Notes: generated by a model not told the origin, from the letters alone. 64,000 nucleotides of DNA from Bacteroidales bacterium (GCA_011620595.1 WOYX01000057.1:28473-92472); one strand, 5' to 3'; shown: positions 54,402 to 64,000, counted from the first letter of the stretch. Program-made: numbers and translations.

Positions 54402-56300
54402 ATGTCAGAAAAAGAGCGGCTGCTTGACGGAATCAACACTCCTGAGGATCTCAGGAGGCTCGACAGGCTTGACCTGGTGCAACTCAGTGACGAGCTCAGG
54501 CAATATATCATTGACGAGGTAAGCAACAACCCCGGTCACTTGGGTGCCAGTCTCGGGGTGGTGGAGCTTACCGTGGCCCTCCATTATGTTTATAACACTC
54601 CCTGGGACAAGATAGTCTGGGATGTAGGACACCAGGCCTACGGACACAAGATACTTACCGGACGCAAGGCACAGTTTCATACCAATCGCAAGTACAAGGG
54701 CATCAGCGGCTTCCCTCGCATGGCTGAGAGTGAGTATGACTCCTTTGGCGTGGGGCACTCCTCAACATCCATCTCCGCTGCCTTAGGCATGGCCGTGGCA
54801 GCACAGGCCAGGGGCGAAAAACGCAAGGTGGTGGCAGTGATTGGCGACGGCGCCCTGCAGGGAGGACTGGCATTTGAAGGATTGAATAACGCCGGGAACG
54901 AGAAGGCTGATCTCCTGGTGATCCTCAATGATAACAATATCTCAATAGATGCCAGCGTCGGGGCCCTCAGGGAGTACCTCCTCGACATAACCACCAGCAG
55001 TACCTACAACAGGTTCAAGGATAAGGTCTGGCGTCTCCTGGGCCGATACAGGAGGATGGGCGCCCGGGCACGGGTACTTGCCTCACAGATTGAGGGAGGC
55101 ATCAAGGGTACCGTGCTGAAGCAGAGCAACCTCTTTGAGGCACTCAAGTTCAGGTATTTCGGACCTATTGACGGTCATGACGTGCTTCACCTGACACGGG
55201 TTCTCGAAGACCTCAGGACCATCCCCGGACCCAAGATTCTCCATTGTGTCACCGTAAAGGGAAAGGGATTTCCCAGGGCAGAAGAGCTACAGACCGTATT
55301 TCATGCTCCCGGCAAGTTCGATAAATGTACGGGTGAGCTGATCAGACCGGCCGACTGTGCCAAACACCTTCTCTACCAGGAGGTGTTCGGACATACCATT
55401 CTGGAACTGGCACGGCAGAACGACAGGATTGTGGGTGTCACACCGGCCATGCCTACCGGCTGCTCACTCAACATAATGATGAAGGAGATGCCCGGCAGGG
55501 CCTTTGACGTTGGCATCTGCGAACAGCATGCGGTGACCTTCTCTGCCGGTATGGCAGCCAACGGTATGATCCCTTATTGCAATATCTACTCTTCGTTCAT
55601 GCAGCGTGCCTATGACCAGGTGATTCATGATGTTGCCTTACAGGGACTGAAAGTTGTTTTCTGCCTTGACCGCGGCGGACTGGTGGGCAGCGACGGAGCA
55701 ACACACCACGGCTTTTTTGATATCGCCTTCATGCGCAACATACCGGGTATGATCACTGCCGCCCCCATGGACGAGGTAGAGTTGCGCAACATGATGTACA
55801 CCGCACAGCTCGACAGCGTGAAGGGACCGTTCAGCATACGTTATCCCCGGGGCACCGGCGTGATATGCGACTGGCAGCAGCCGTTTGAGGAGATACCCGT
55901 GGGCAGAGCCAGACTTATCAGCGAGGGCAGTGACATCGCAGTGCTGAGCCTGGGCCATCCGGGCAACTTTGTCGTTGAAGCCGTGGCAGCACTGCGCGAC
56001 AGAGGCATCACGGTGATGCACTATGACATGCGCTTCGCCAATCCGCTTGATGGGGAGGTGCTGCATGAGGTTATGAAAAGCTTCCACAGGATCATCACCG
56101 TCGAAGACGGTATGATCAAGGGAGGTTTTGGCAGCGCCGTCCTGGAGTTTGCGTCAGATAATGGATATGCAGTTGAGATACGGCGCATGGGCATACCCGA
56201 CTACTTCGTGGAACACGGCTCTCAGCAGGATCTGTGGCATGAGTGCGGGTATGATGCAGAGGGGATCCGAAGGGCGATTGAAGAAGCCTGCGGAAAGTAG
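54402..56300 (+). CDS. dxs: 1-deoxy-D-xylulose-5-phosphate synthase
   Basis: LL..I.TP.DLR.L, GH.G.SLG..EL..ALH, and GDGA..GG.A.E.LN thiamine-diphosphate motif. 632 aa. Confidence 0.93.
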   Translation: MSEKERLLDGINTPEDLRRLDRLDLVQLSDELRQYIIDEVSNNPGHLGASLGVVELTVALHYVYNTPWDKIVWDVGHQAYGHKILTGRKAQFHTNRKYKGISGFPRMAESEYDSFGVGHSSTSISAALGMAVAAQARGEKRKVVAVIGDGALQGGLAFEGLNNAGNEKADLLVILNDNNISIDASVGALREYLLDITTSSTYNRFKDKVWRLLGRYRRMGARARVLASQIEGGIKGTVLKQSNLFEALKFRYFGPIDGHDVLHLTRVLEDLRTIPGPKILHCVTVKGKGFPRAEELQTVFHAPGKFDKCTGELIRPADCAKHLLYQEVFGHTILELARQNDRIVGVTPAMPTGCSLNIMMKEMPGRAFDVGICEQHAVTFSAGMAANGMIPYCNIYSSFMQRAYDQVIHDVALQGLKVVFCLDRGGLVGSDGATHHGFFDIAFMRNIPGMITAAPMDEVELRNMMYTAQLDSVKGPFSIRYPRGTGVICDWQQPFEEIPVGRARLISEGSDIAVLSLGHPGNFVVEAVAALRDRGITVMHYDMRFANPLDGEVLHEVMKSFHRIITVEDGMIKGGFGSAVLEFASDNGYAVEIRRMGIPDYFVEHGSQQDLWHECGYDAEGIRRAIEEACGK

Positions 56301-56427
56301 CAAGGGGCATGGTGCATGGAGCGTGGCATGACGGATATTTGTCTGTAGCAATAATTTCCATACCTTCACAAACGAATTGTAGACTGAAGACAGAATATAC
56401 TTTATATTAATAAATTATGGTAATTAT

Positions 56428-56511
56428 GCCCGGATGGCGGAATTGGTAGACGCGCTGGTCTCAAACACCAGTGGCAGCGATGCCGTGCCGGTTCGATCCC
56501 GGCTCCGGGTA
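56428..56511 (+). tRNA. tRNA-Leu (anticodon CAA), type II with a long variable arm
   Basis: Hand-folded: GCCCGGA acceptor, D-arm GCGGAATTGGTAGACGC, anticodon loop CTCAAAC, long variable arm, T-arm CCGGTTCGATCCCGG. Confidence 0.9.
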
Positions 56512-56518
56512 CATAGAT

Positions 56519-56557
56519 GGAAGACACCGATTTAAAATCGGCTTCTTCCTTTTTTTT
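56519..56557 (+). terminator. intrinsic terminator after tRNA-Leu
   Basis: GGAAGAcaCCGATT-taa-AATCGGctTCTTCC stem followed by TTTTTTTT. Confidence 0.7.
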
Positions 56558-56582
56558 GTTGAATGATCTGCCATGTTTCTGA

Positions 56583-56930
56583 CCGCCTGTTGACTTTGGC
56601 ATCTATGTGGAGTCTGCGTGGCTTGGTCATATGCCGGCTGACCATGACGGAATGAGACTCGCCGACCGGGTTTTTCCGGGCTTCCTTTTTATTGTTGGCA
56701 TGGCAATACCATTCGCTATTTCAGGCAGGATAAAAAGAGGCGAGACGGGATCAAAGAAATTGATGCATATATTTATCCGGACTATGTCACTGCTTCTTAT
56801 AGGCGTACTGATGCTCAACTCAGACAGAGTGAACCCGGAGACCACCGGCATGCACAAGGACCTCTGGACACTCCTGATGGCCGGGCTAACAGTTCTGCTA
56901 GCGAAAATAAACATCAAACTGAAGCTCTGA
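56583..56930 (+). pseudogene. truncated remnant of a DUF5009/heparan-alpha-glucosaminide N-acetyltransferase-like membrane acyltransferase
   Basis: ..RLADRVFPGFLFIVGMAIPFAI.. matches the conserved early TM region of that family (name from memory). The usual N-terminal ~50 aa and C-terminal ~200 aa are missing. No ATG at the frame opening. Confidence 0.45.
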
Positions 56931-57003
56931 CAAATGCCTGGGTACGTCCTGATCAAAGGGAAATAAGCATGATGCGCGGTAAGATACCGCATCAGTTGCA
57001 AAG

Positions 57004-58344
57004 CTAAATAATGAGACTCTTGGTAACCCAGAACCAGATAATGGGTATGGCCAGCAGATCAAGAAGGACCCCAGCCCTGATCATTGTATTAACGGTTACC
57101 TCTTCGGTTGCATAGGCAAGTGCATTCGGCGGCGTTGAGACAGGAAGCATGAAAGCACAGTTGGCCCCTATTCCAATAGCCATTACCATTGGCAGAACAA
57201 ACTCAGGATTGAACTGCATCGCCACCTCCATCATTATGGGAATGGTAATGGCTGCAGCTCCTGTATTACTTGATATTTCCGTAAGACCGATAATAAAGAT
57301 GACCGCCAAGAATATCAGCAACAGTCCCTGTCCCGCATTAATATTTCTGAGAATGCTGCTGGCAATCATTGCAGAAGTGCCTGTCTCTGACATCAGGGCA
57401 CTCAGGCATAAACCTCCTCCAAACAGGAGCAGTATTCCCCAGTTGACTGAACCCTGAAGCTTATTCCATGTGGTTAGTCCGAAAATAGGGGCAAGAGCCG
57501 CAGCCAGAACACCCACGATGGCATCAAAGCTTTGAATGTTCATCAGGTCTCCGATAGGTTTTGAGCCTATCCAGAGGAGAACTATCAAAAAGAAAAAAGC
57601 CGTAGCCCTTGTCTGGTTTCTGCTCCAGTCGTGTTTTTGCCTTTCCATCTCATTGAGATGAAAATCCTTTTCAGGCCGGATAACTACCTTGAGTGTAAAG
57701 AGCAACAACGGGAAGAGCATTAATGTCAACGGAAACCCGAATTTGAACCATGTGGCAAAATCAATATTGAGTGCTCCTGCTGCAATAAGGTTTGGAGGAC
57801 TGCCGATCACAGTGCTTATACCTCCAATACTGGCGGCGAACGCAATCCCAAGTATTACAAATGTCCGGGCCCTGGGATATGTCTTATCAATCAGTGACAT
57901 TCCGATAGGCAGGAACATTGCTGCCGTGGCAGTATTGCTCATCCACATGGAGAGTAATGAGGTAGCCCCGAGGATTGAGGCTATTGCCACCCATTTCCTC
58001 CCTTTGGCCAGGTGAATTAGATTACCGGCAAGCCACCGGTCAAGCCCATGCTCATTCAATACAGCTGCCAGAGCAAAACCCCCGATAAAAATGAAGATTA
58101 CGGGATGAGCAAAGTGAGCCAGTGCTTCCCGCGGATTAAAAACATTGAAGAGAACGGCTATGATTGGCACAAGCAGGCCGGAAACGGCCAGCGGTATTAT
58201 CTCGGTCACCCAGAGCCCCCCAATAAATATCAGCACGGCAATCCCCAGTTTGTTACCGGGATCTTCCATGGCAAAGTTGCCGATCAGAATTCCGGCGACC
58301 AACAATCCGCCTATTGTGAGCCACTTGTTATTCTTTAATTTCAT
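57004..58344 (-). CDS. DASS/SLC13-family anion (di/tricarboxylate or sulfate) transporter
   Basis: 446 aa polytopic protein with the SNTATAAMFLPI hairpin motif typical of DASS transporters. Confidence 0.8.
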   Translation of the reverse strand: MKLKNNKWLTIGGLLVAGILIGNFAMEDPGNKLGIAVLIFIGGLWVTEIIPLAVSGLLVPIIAVLFNVFNPREALAHFAHPVIFIFIGGFALAAVLNEHGLDRWLAGNLIHLAKGRKWVAIASILGATSLLSMWMSNTATAAMFLPIGMSLIDKTYPRARTFVILGIAFAASIGGISTVIGSPPNLIAAGALNIDFATWFKFGFPLTLMLFPLLLFTLKVVIRPEKDFHLNEMERQKHDWSRNQTRATAFFFLIVLLWIGSKPIGDLMNIQSFDAIVGVLAAALAPIFGLTTWNKLQGSVNWGILLLFGGGLCLSALMSETGTSAMIASSILRNINAGQGLLLIFLAVIFIIGLTEISSNTGAAAITIPIMMEVAMQFNPEFVLPMVMAIGIGANCAFMLPVSTPPNALAYATEEVTVNTMIRAGVLLDLLAIPIIWFWVTKSLII

Positions 58345-58416
58345 GCTGAGTGCTTAAAGAGTTTCCCTGCTCATTTTGAATCTGCCTGGTGATTACTTCC
58401 CCTGTCTCCCTGTGAA

Positions 58417-59337
58417 TTACATTCCTTCATTGTTTCCATTCTTTCCGTAAAGTACATCTGCTGCCGCCGGTGACATCAGGGTATGATCATGGCCTGACCC
58501 GGGAACGTATACATTCTGCCATTTGAACTGAAACCCTTTCTCCTCAGCCCTGGCTTTGTTGTAATCAAAGAACCATTCTCCCCTGGCGAGCCTGGTAAGA
58601 CCCTGAAGATCTGCCTCGGGCGTCTGCCTGAGATCCTTATCCCTGATAGTGTCGGCAGTGCCAAGGAGTACTGTCAGATTATCAAGGTAAAATGATTTTC
58701 TCAGACTGTCGCTGTCGGTAAATATTCCTTTTATGCCATAGGGATATTCTGCTTCATCATCGGGGAAAGTATACCAACCAGGGTTTGCCGCTACCGCTTT
58801 ATCAACATAGGGACTGTCATAAAACTGCATAAATCTGTGAGTAAACTGACCGCCAGCTGAATGACCGTAGATGTTATAATTGCGGTTATCAAGTTGCAAC
58901 TCTTCCCTAACGAACTCAAAAATCTTGTCTATCAATGAGAATGTTGTTGCCTCAGGATCGGATATCTCACCTTCAGGTGTTAGAAACATACCACTGATAT
59001 ATTCAGTAGAACTGAATGACTCCTTTGTCAGTTCAGGTGCCACTATTATCACTCCATACTCATCCGCCTTGGCCTTCCACCCTTCAAGATAATCGTCGGC
59101 ATTTCTGCCTGCTCCATGCATGACAAACTGTAATGGCATCCCTGTGGTTTTCCAGGCAGGCATATAATAGTGAACCTTGATATCCCCTTTATTGATTAGT
59201 GGCCCTGTTTCGAAAGTCAGAATACCCTGCTCCGGGTTATCTCTTCTGTCACCTGCTGAGTTCATGCATGCTGAGGTGATCATAACCAGAGACGCTGTTC
59301 CAAAGGCTATGAAAGCTTTAAAAGGGGATAAATTCAT
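58417..59337 (-). CDS. alpha/beta-hydrolase lipoprotein (esterase/depolymerase-like)
   Basis: Lipobox LVMITSAC. HGAGRNADDY oxyanion-region-like segment. Nucleophile elbow GHSAGG. Confidence 0.7.
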   Translation of the reverse strand: MNLSPFKAFIAFGTASLVMITSACMNSAGDRRDNPEQGILTFETGPLINKGDIKVHYYMPAWKTTGMPLQFVMHGAGRNADDYLEGWKAKADEYGVIIVAPELTKESFSSTEYISGMFLTPEGEISDPEATTFSLIDKIFEFVREELQLDNRNYNIYGHSAGGQFTHRFMQFYDSPYVDKAVAANPGWYTFPDDEAEYPYGIKGIFTDSDSLRKSFYLDNLTVLLGTADTIRDKDLRQTPEADLQGLTRLARGEWFFDYNKARAEEKGFQFKWQNVYVPGSGHDHTLMSPAAADVLYGKNGNNEGM

Positions 59338-59375
59338 AATTTTTGATATTTCATAATGTGTTAGGCTATTGTTTA

Positions 59376-60500
59376 TTATTGATTGGACCTGTCATTACCC
59401 CGTAATACTCCCATGGAAATGACCCCATCAATCTCCAGTTGATCCGTGAGTATGACAATGTCCGCATCATAACCCGGCCTGAGAGCTCCTTTCTTTTTTA
59501 TCTTCATATTCCTGGCCGGATTGGTTGTTATCAGCTGTAGGGCGTCATCCAGGGGCAGGATATCATTTTGCACCAGGCTGACCATCTCCTTCAGGTTCAG
59601 GTCAAGCGGTGCCGGGGTATAAGTTATTTCACCCGTTGCCGGATTCTCTCTTTTGACTCCTCCCCTGCCGTCACTTGAGAATGTTATTCTGTCAAGCGGG
59701 ACACCCTCATCAAGTGCAATTTTAACTGCTTTGTGAGGATTAGTAAATGTAGTTCCCCCAGTTGAGATATCAATCATACCCCCGGCCTTCGCGAATTTGA
59801 TGCAGTCACTAAACAGTTTCTGCGTGCGTGAGCAGTGTGTCGGCGAAATGTAGGAGATCAGGGTCGGATATTTCTCAGCAATTGTCAGCAAATCATCGAT
59901 CCCTGATTCCAGGGCCCCGAGATGAATATGCAGGATTCCGCCTTTTCCGGAAGTAAATCCTCCCAGCCTCACCTGGTTTATGAGCCTCAGTATCTCATGA
60001 AGGGTGGGAAAGGATGACCTGTCATCACTGATTGCCAGTTTGCAACCGATCACCTTGTCAATAAAAATCAGGTCTTCCGCAACGGAGCCGCAAACTGTTT
60101 TTTCAGGCAGTCCGTAATAACTGGTCAGCATGTAGGCCGTAACCCCTGTTTCATCAAGGGCTTTTACCTTGCTGTAGAGGGTAGTCAGCTCCTTGACAAA
60201 CCCGTCGGTGCCAAGAAGACCCATGACAGTTGTTGTGCCAACAGCCAGCAGATCATCGGCAAAGAGCTCAGGAATAAATGAAGAGAATCCGAACTGACCT
60301 CCACCGCCGGTTATATGCAAATGCTGGTCTATAAACCCTGGACATACAATTTTGCCGCGCACATCAATCACCGTGGGGGAAAGCTCACTGACCGACAATG
60401 AGTCTTCTATGGCAACAATCTGATTGTTTATGATCAGGAGATCCTTTTTCCCAAGTTTTTGCGGGGCATAAGCGTCTCCGCCTTTTAACAGGTATGTCAT
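59376..60500 (-). CDS. iadA: beta-aspartyl (isoaspartyl) dipeptidase
   Basis: PGFIDQHLHITGGGGQFGFSS closely resembles what I recall of E. coli IadA (GFIDQHVHLIGGGGEAG). Amidohydrolase fold, 374 aa. Confidence 0.8.
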   Translation of the reverse strand: MTYLLKGGDAYAPQKLGKKDLLIINNQIVAIEDSLSVSELSPTVIDVRGKIVCPGFIDQHLHITGGGGQFGFSSFIPELFADDLLAVGTTTVMGLLGTDGFVKELTTLYSKVKALDETGVTAYMLTSYYGLPEKTVCGSVAEDLIFIDKVIGCKLAISDDRSSFPTLHEILRLINQVRLGGFTSGKGGILHIHLGALESGIDDLLTIAEKYPTLISYISPTHCSRTQKLFSDCIKFAKAGGMIDISTGGTTFTNPHKAVKIALDEGVPLDRITFSSDGRGGVKRENPATGEITYTPAPLDLNLKEMVSLVQNDILPLDDALQLITTNPARNMKIKKKGALRPGYDADIVILTDQLEIDGVISMGVLRGNDRSNQ

Positions 60501-60512
60501 ATATAATACTTT

Positions 60513-61883
60513 TTAAATAACGAAGTGAAACACCAGCAATACAACCAGTCCCCCAATGAGTGGCGGCATGTTCCTCTTAGCCAGGTCTACGGGAGATACC
60601 CCTGCAACACCTGCTATCGCTACTATAACACCGGCAATAGGCGACGTAGCCCTGCCCATACTTGATGAAAGCTGCATAGGAAGTATCATTTCAGGAGCTG
60701 TCATTCCCAGCCTCCCGGAGATGTCGGGAATGAGGGGCCCGAATGAAAAGAATGCCGCATTACCGCTTCCCATGAGCATTGCAGCCAGGAAAACAAGTAT
60801 GGTGATAAATATTGATATGGCGGCCCCTGAAAAACCCAGATGTGTCGATCCTGAAACAAGCGTGTCTATGAACCCCAGTCCGATAAGACCCTTGGAGAAG
60901 ATCTCTGCCGCTACTATCAGAGTAACAACAGTACTGAAAACCGATCCCATTCCTTTCCAGAAGCTGTCGAGCATATCTATGACACTGCGGAAGTTTCTCG
61001 TGAATATCATCACAAAAATGACTGATACAATCAGAGAGAAAAGCATGGCTACAGTTGTGCTGAGATGAATTTCGACCAGTCCCACATAGTCAGAGAAAAT
61101 AACAAGAAGCAGGAGTGGCAACATGGGAAGGATGGCGTAAATCAATGGTACGTCCGGTTTTTTTGTCGGTCCGCTTTCAGTGATGACTGCTTCCTGGCCT
61201 CTTTTCAGGTCTCTCTTGTCGAAATACCTGTTGCTGAAGTAATAAAGCGTCATTACCACGATTGTGGTAGGAAACACCAGGGGAAGCTGATCAGATACAA
61301 AGTACTCCATATTTGATTTACCAATTAGCGAAGCCGCCATGGCAGTATTCGCAGACCCCGGGCCCTGATCAAAAATGGTTGCCGCCGCTATGGCCGAAAG
61401 AGCTGTCAGTTTGCTGCATCCCAGGCTTACCAGAACCGGATAAAATGAAGCTACCAGGAGAAGTCCGAGGCCTGCCGCGGAGGGTATTGTCATAAACAGT
61501 ATCTGACCAATGGGAATGGCAATCACTGATGCCAGATAAGGATATTTCCTGAAAAAACCCAGAGGCTTGATCGCTATATAAACAAGAGAGTCGGTGGCCT
61601 TAATCCTATTCATGAACGCTACATAACCTCCGATTGTCATTATCATCAGGCCTATCCTTGTTAGGTTGCCCACAAAGCCGTCATCGATTACCTGGACGAT
61701 ATCGAAGACTGCACTGCCGGAAGGTTTTGAGACTGCTATGGGGCTCAACCCCATAGCAGCCGCAATACTGATCATAAACAATCCTGCAAAGATCAGAACA
61801 CCCTGCGGATTAAACCTTTTGTACAGCAGTATAGCCGTAAGAGCAATAACTGCAATACAGAGTATAAATCCAATAGCAGTCAT
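60513..61883 (-). CDS. dcuC: DcuC-family C4-dicarboxylate transporter
   Basis: 456 aa. Appears collinear with what I recall of E. coli DcuC (..G.LFVGG.., MIM..GF..YM..I.A.D..V....KPL, YL......). Confidence 0.75.
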   Translation of the reverse strand: MTAIGFILCIAVIALTAILLYKRFNPQGVLIFAGLFMISIAAAMGLSPIAVSKPSGSAVFDIVQVIDDGFVGNLTRIGLMIMTIGGYVAFMNRIKATDSLVYIAIKPLGFFRKYPYLASVIAIPIGQILFMTIPSAAGLGLLLVASFYPVLVSLGCSKLTALSAIAAATIFDQGPGSANTAMAASLIGKSNMEYFVSDQLPLVFPTTIVVMTLYYFSNRYFDKRDLKRGQEAVITESGPTKKPDVPLIYAILPMLPLLLLVIFSDYVGLVEIHLSTTVAMLFSLIVSVIFVMIFTRNFRSVIDMLDSFWKGMGSVFSTVVTLIVAAEIFSKGLIGLGFIDTLVSGSTHLGFSGAAISIFITILVFLAAMLMGSGNAAFFSFGPLIPDISGRLGMTAPEMILPMQLSSSMGRATSPIAGVIVAIAGVAGVSPVDLAKRNMPPLIGGLVVLLVFHFVI

Positions 61884-61886
61884 AAA

Positions 61887-63668
61887 CTAGTAGCCGGGGT
61901 TCTGCTGAATCACTCTTCCTGAATTTGCATTTATAAATGCCTGTGGTATAGGAAGTAAAACAGGTGTCTCATCATCCCACATTCCTCGTACCTCCCTGCC
62001 GGAGACCTCATTGTAGGTCCTTACCCTGGTCTTGAAGATATTGGATGCCAGCCTTTCATCGCCTCCGTTCTCCTGGCTGAGCCTGATCAGCGTATGCCTC
62101 CTGTGCTCTTCAGTAATGAGTTCCCGACTCCTCTCATCCAGTATCATGTCAATACTCATTTCCGATGCATCTATCGGGACTATTCCGGCACGTTCCCTAA
62201 TCTTGTTCAGCCAGAACTCTCCGCCCTGTCCAAGCTTAAACATGGCCTCGGCGTAAAGAAGATATGTTTCTGCCAGCCGGAGGTACAGGATGTCATTGTA
62301 GGCATTGTCTGCATCAGCCTGCTCAAAAATGGGATTGACATAGTCCCATTTTTTTGTGGAGGGCCAGTTATACTGCTTGATGGTTGGGTCGGTATCATCG
62401 CTCATCTTGGAGTTGGGTTTAAGGTTTATCAGGCTGGCATCACTTTTCAGCACCTCATATACCTGGTTGTCTGTGTTCAGGAAATAGAGATGCCACACGA
62501 TTGAATGGTCATCATATCTGACATCTGCAGTTTCCTGCTCCTTGAACTTATAGAGATCGAATGCCCCAAGTGAGATTGCCAGTCGCCCTGCACCTTTGCC
62601 ACCGTTGAGTGACCAGAACAGTTTGATAGTCTGCCCTGGATAATCGGGATGGCTCAGTTTGCTTATATCAGAGAGGCTTGAGTAGTAGTTCCTCCACATA
62701 TTTCTCATGAAGATGTTGGGAGAGTAGCCGGATGCTGCATTCTCAGGCTCTGTATTGGGAAATGCCCACAGAACCTCAAGGTTGCCGTCTGAAAAGAGCG
62801 GTGAACGGAAAACGTCGATAAATGCATGGCCAGGATTGGATGCATTCTTGCCAAATCTTTCAGTCATCAGAGAGTATTCAGAACCCTCTACAAGAGGTTG
62901 AAGTATTGATTTTGCATCTCCGGGTCTGCCCATAGCCAGGTAGAGCTCTCCCAGGTAGTGGCGCGCAACTGCTCCGGACGGTACTGTATTGTTGATCGTT
63001 CTCATCGGAAGATTGTCTATGGCAAAGAGCAGGTCCTGCTCCATAACATCACGGATCTCTGCAACAGGGGTTCTTTCCCAGTCAGTCCGGTAATTGCTGC
63101 CCGTGATCTCCTCGGTAGACAGAGGAACAGCCCCAAAGGCATATGTCAGGTGCCTGTAGGCCCACGCCCTCACTAGTCTGGCATTGGCAATGATGGTATT
63201 CTTGTTCTGCAAATCTTCCTCTGCAGAACCGCCCTGCCAGTCGATGTCCGGATTTTCCGCACGCGTAATAATCATATTAGAGGTGTTAATGGCTTTGTAA
63301 AGCCATTCAAAAACAGCCTGGAACGGTATTACATCCTCCATGTCAGTAATATTCTTCGGAAAACTTATATGCCTGAAATTGGTGTGACGGTTATTACCCC
63401 AGGAGTTGTCTGCACCGGCGCTGAAAAGCGTGTGCTTGGTAAATGGTATGCTGCCAAAGGAGGTGCCTCCATAATACCTGTCACCGCGGTCATACTCATC
63501 CCTGACCAGAGCAAACATAGCGTTCTGCATATTCTGAAAACCGCTGTAGTTTATCAGAAGGTTTTCAGCAAAGATGTCATCCACCGGTTTTTCTGTCAGA
63601 AAATCCTCACTGCAAGAGGAGATTGCAAAGACAAAAACCATTATCATAAAGTATACTATCTTTTTCAT
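61887..63668 (-). CDS. susD: RagB/SusD-family outer-membrane lipoprotein
   Basis: Lipobox FAISSCSEDFLTEKP. LRLAETYLLYAEA. C-terminal QQNPGY. Confidence 0.9.
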   Translation of the reverse strand: MKKIVYFMIMVFVFAISSCSEDFLTEKPVDDIFAENLLINYSGFQNMQNAMFALVRDEYDRGDRYYGGTSFGSIPFTKHTLFSAGADNSWGNNRHTNFRHISFPKNITDMEDVIPFQAVFEWLYKAINTSNMIITRAENPDIDWQGGSAEEDLQNKNTIIANARLVRAWAYRHLTYAFGAVPLSTEEITGSNYRTDWERTPVAEIRDVMEQDLLFAIDNLPMRTINNTVPSGAVARHYLGELYLAMGRPGDAKSILQPLVEGSEYSLMTERFGKNASNPGHAFIDVFRSPLFSDGNLEVLWAFPNTEPENAASGYSPNIFMRNMWRNYYSSLSDISKLSHPDYPGQTIKLFWSLNGGKGAGRLAISLGAFDLYKFKEQETADVRYDDHSIVWHLYFLNTDNQVYEVLKSDASLINLKPNSKMSDDTDPTIKQYNWPSTKKWDYVNPIFEQADADNAYNDILYLRLAETYLLYAEAMFKLGQGGEFWLNKIRERAGIVPIDASEMSIDMILDERSRELITEEHRRHTLIRLSQENGGDERLASNIFKTRVRTYNEVSGREVRGMWDDETPVLLPIPQAFINANSGRVIQQNPGY

Positions 63669-63687
63669 TTTTATAGCAGTTTAGAGA

Positions 63688-64000
63688 TTAGAAACTTGTC
63701 CTTATTCCGAATGTGAATTGTCTCGTCTGAGGTATGGCTCTCTGTACCGTTCCCGTTGCATTGAATTCCGGATCGAGTCCTGACCAGTTGGTAAGAGTAT
63801 AAAGGTTCCTCACACTCCCGTAAACCTCAAGCCTCGATAAGCCGGCTTTGCCGATAAGGTTCCCGTCAAAAATGTAGGCAAGAGTGATATCCTGAATCCT
63901 GAGGAAATCAGTCCTCTCGTAAAAGTTCATCCTTCGTACGTTCACTGAACCATCAGGAATGTTGGCAGGAAATGTTTCAATAGGGTTCTGTGGAGTCCAG
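63688..64000 (-). CDS. susC: SusC/RagA-family TonB-dependent transporter, C-terminal end only (continues beyond the window)
   Basis: The frame is open to base 64000. C-terminal barrel strands ..LRIQDITLAY..LEVYGSVRNLYTLTNW.GLDPE..FTFGIRTSF. Confidence 0.85.
   Translation of the reverse strand, partial: WTPQNPIETFPANIPDGSVNVRRMNFYERTDFLRIQDITLAYIFDGNLIGKAGLSRLEVYGSVRNLYTLTNWSGLDPEFNATGTVQRAIPQTRQFTFGIRTSF

Noticed and set aside
56402-56602. 66-aa minus-strand ORF
   Set aside because: It lies directly antisense to tRNA-Leu and its terminator. It is an artefact of ORF calling.

Overview
This reads as a Bacteroidota chromosome segment. Evidence: two SusC/SusD pairs, a T9SS type-B sorting domain, CarboxypepD_reg domains, and TAnnTTTG -7 promoter boxes upstream of most transcription units. 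Coding density is high and most genes are housekeeping: lpxK, PNP, asd, hflX, tonB, serine palmitoyltransferase, purD, guaD, mpg, rplM-rpsI-rpsB-tsf, pyrH-frr and dxs. There are two tRNAs, Ala-GGC and Leu-CAA. Each is followed by visibly more AT-rich DNA (judged by eye, not computed) carrying gene remnants. I found no CRISPR array, transposase, integrase, reverse transcriptase or phage genes. Six things seem most worth a second look. (1) An ECF sigma/FecR module whose STN-domain partner has no TonB-dependent plug or barrel, plus an STN-less paralog upstream. (2) A SusCD operon with no glycoside hydrolase that carries dcuC, iadA, an alpha/beta-hydrolase lipoprotein and a DASS transporter, possibly for beta-aspartyl peptides. 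(3) A second SusCD pair next to a lipoprotein D-aminoacylase. (4) A SnoaL-like gene inactivated by two exact 16-bp tandem duplications. (5) A TerB-like/ABC-G fusion with two secreted proteins of unknown function downstream. (6) A serine palmitoyltransferase-SDR pair. All functional calls come from recognising motifs in the translated ORFs by eye; no database search was run.
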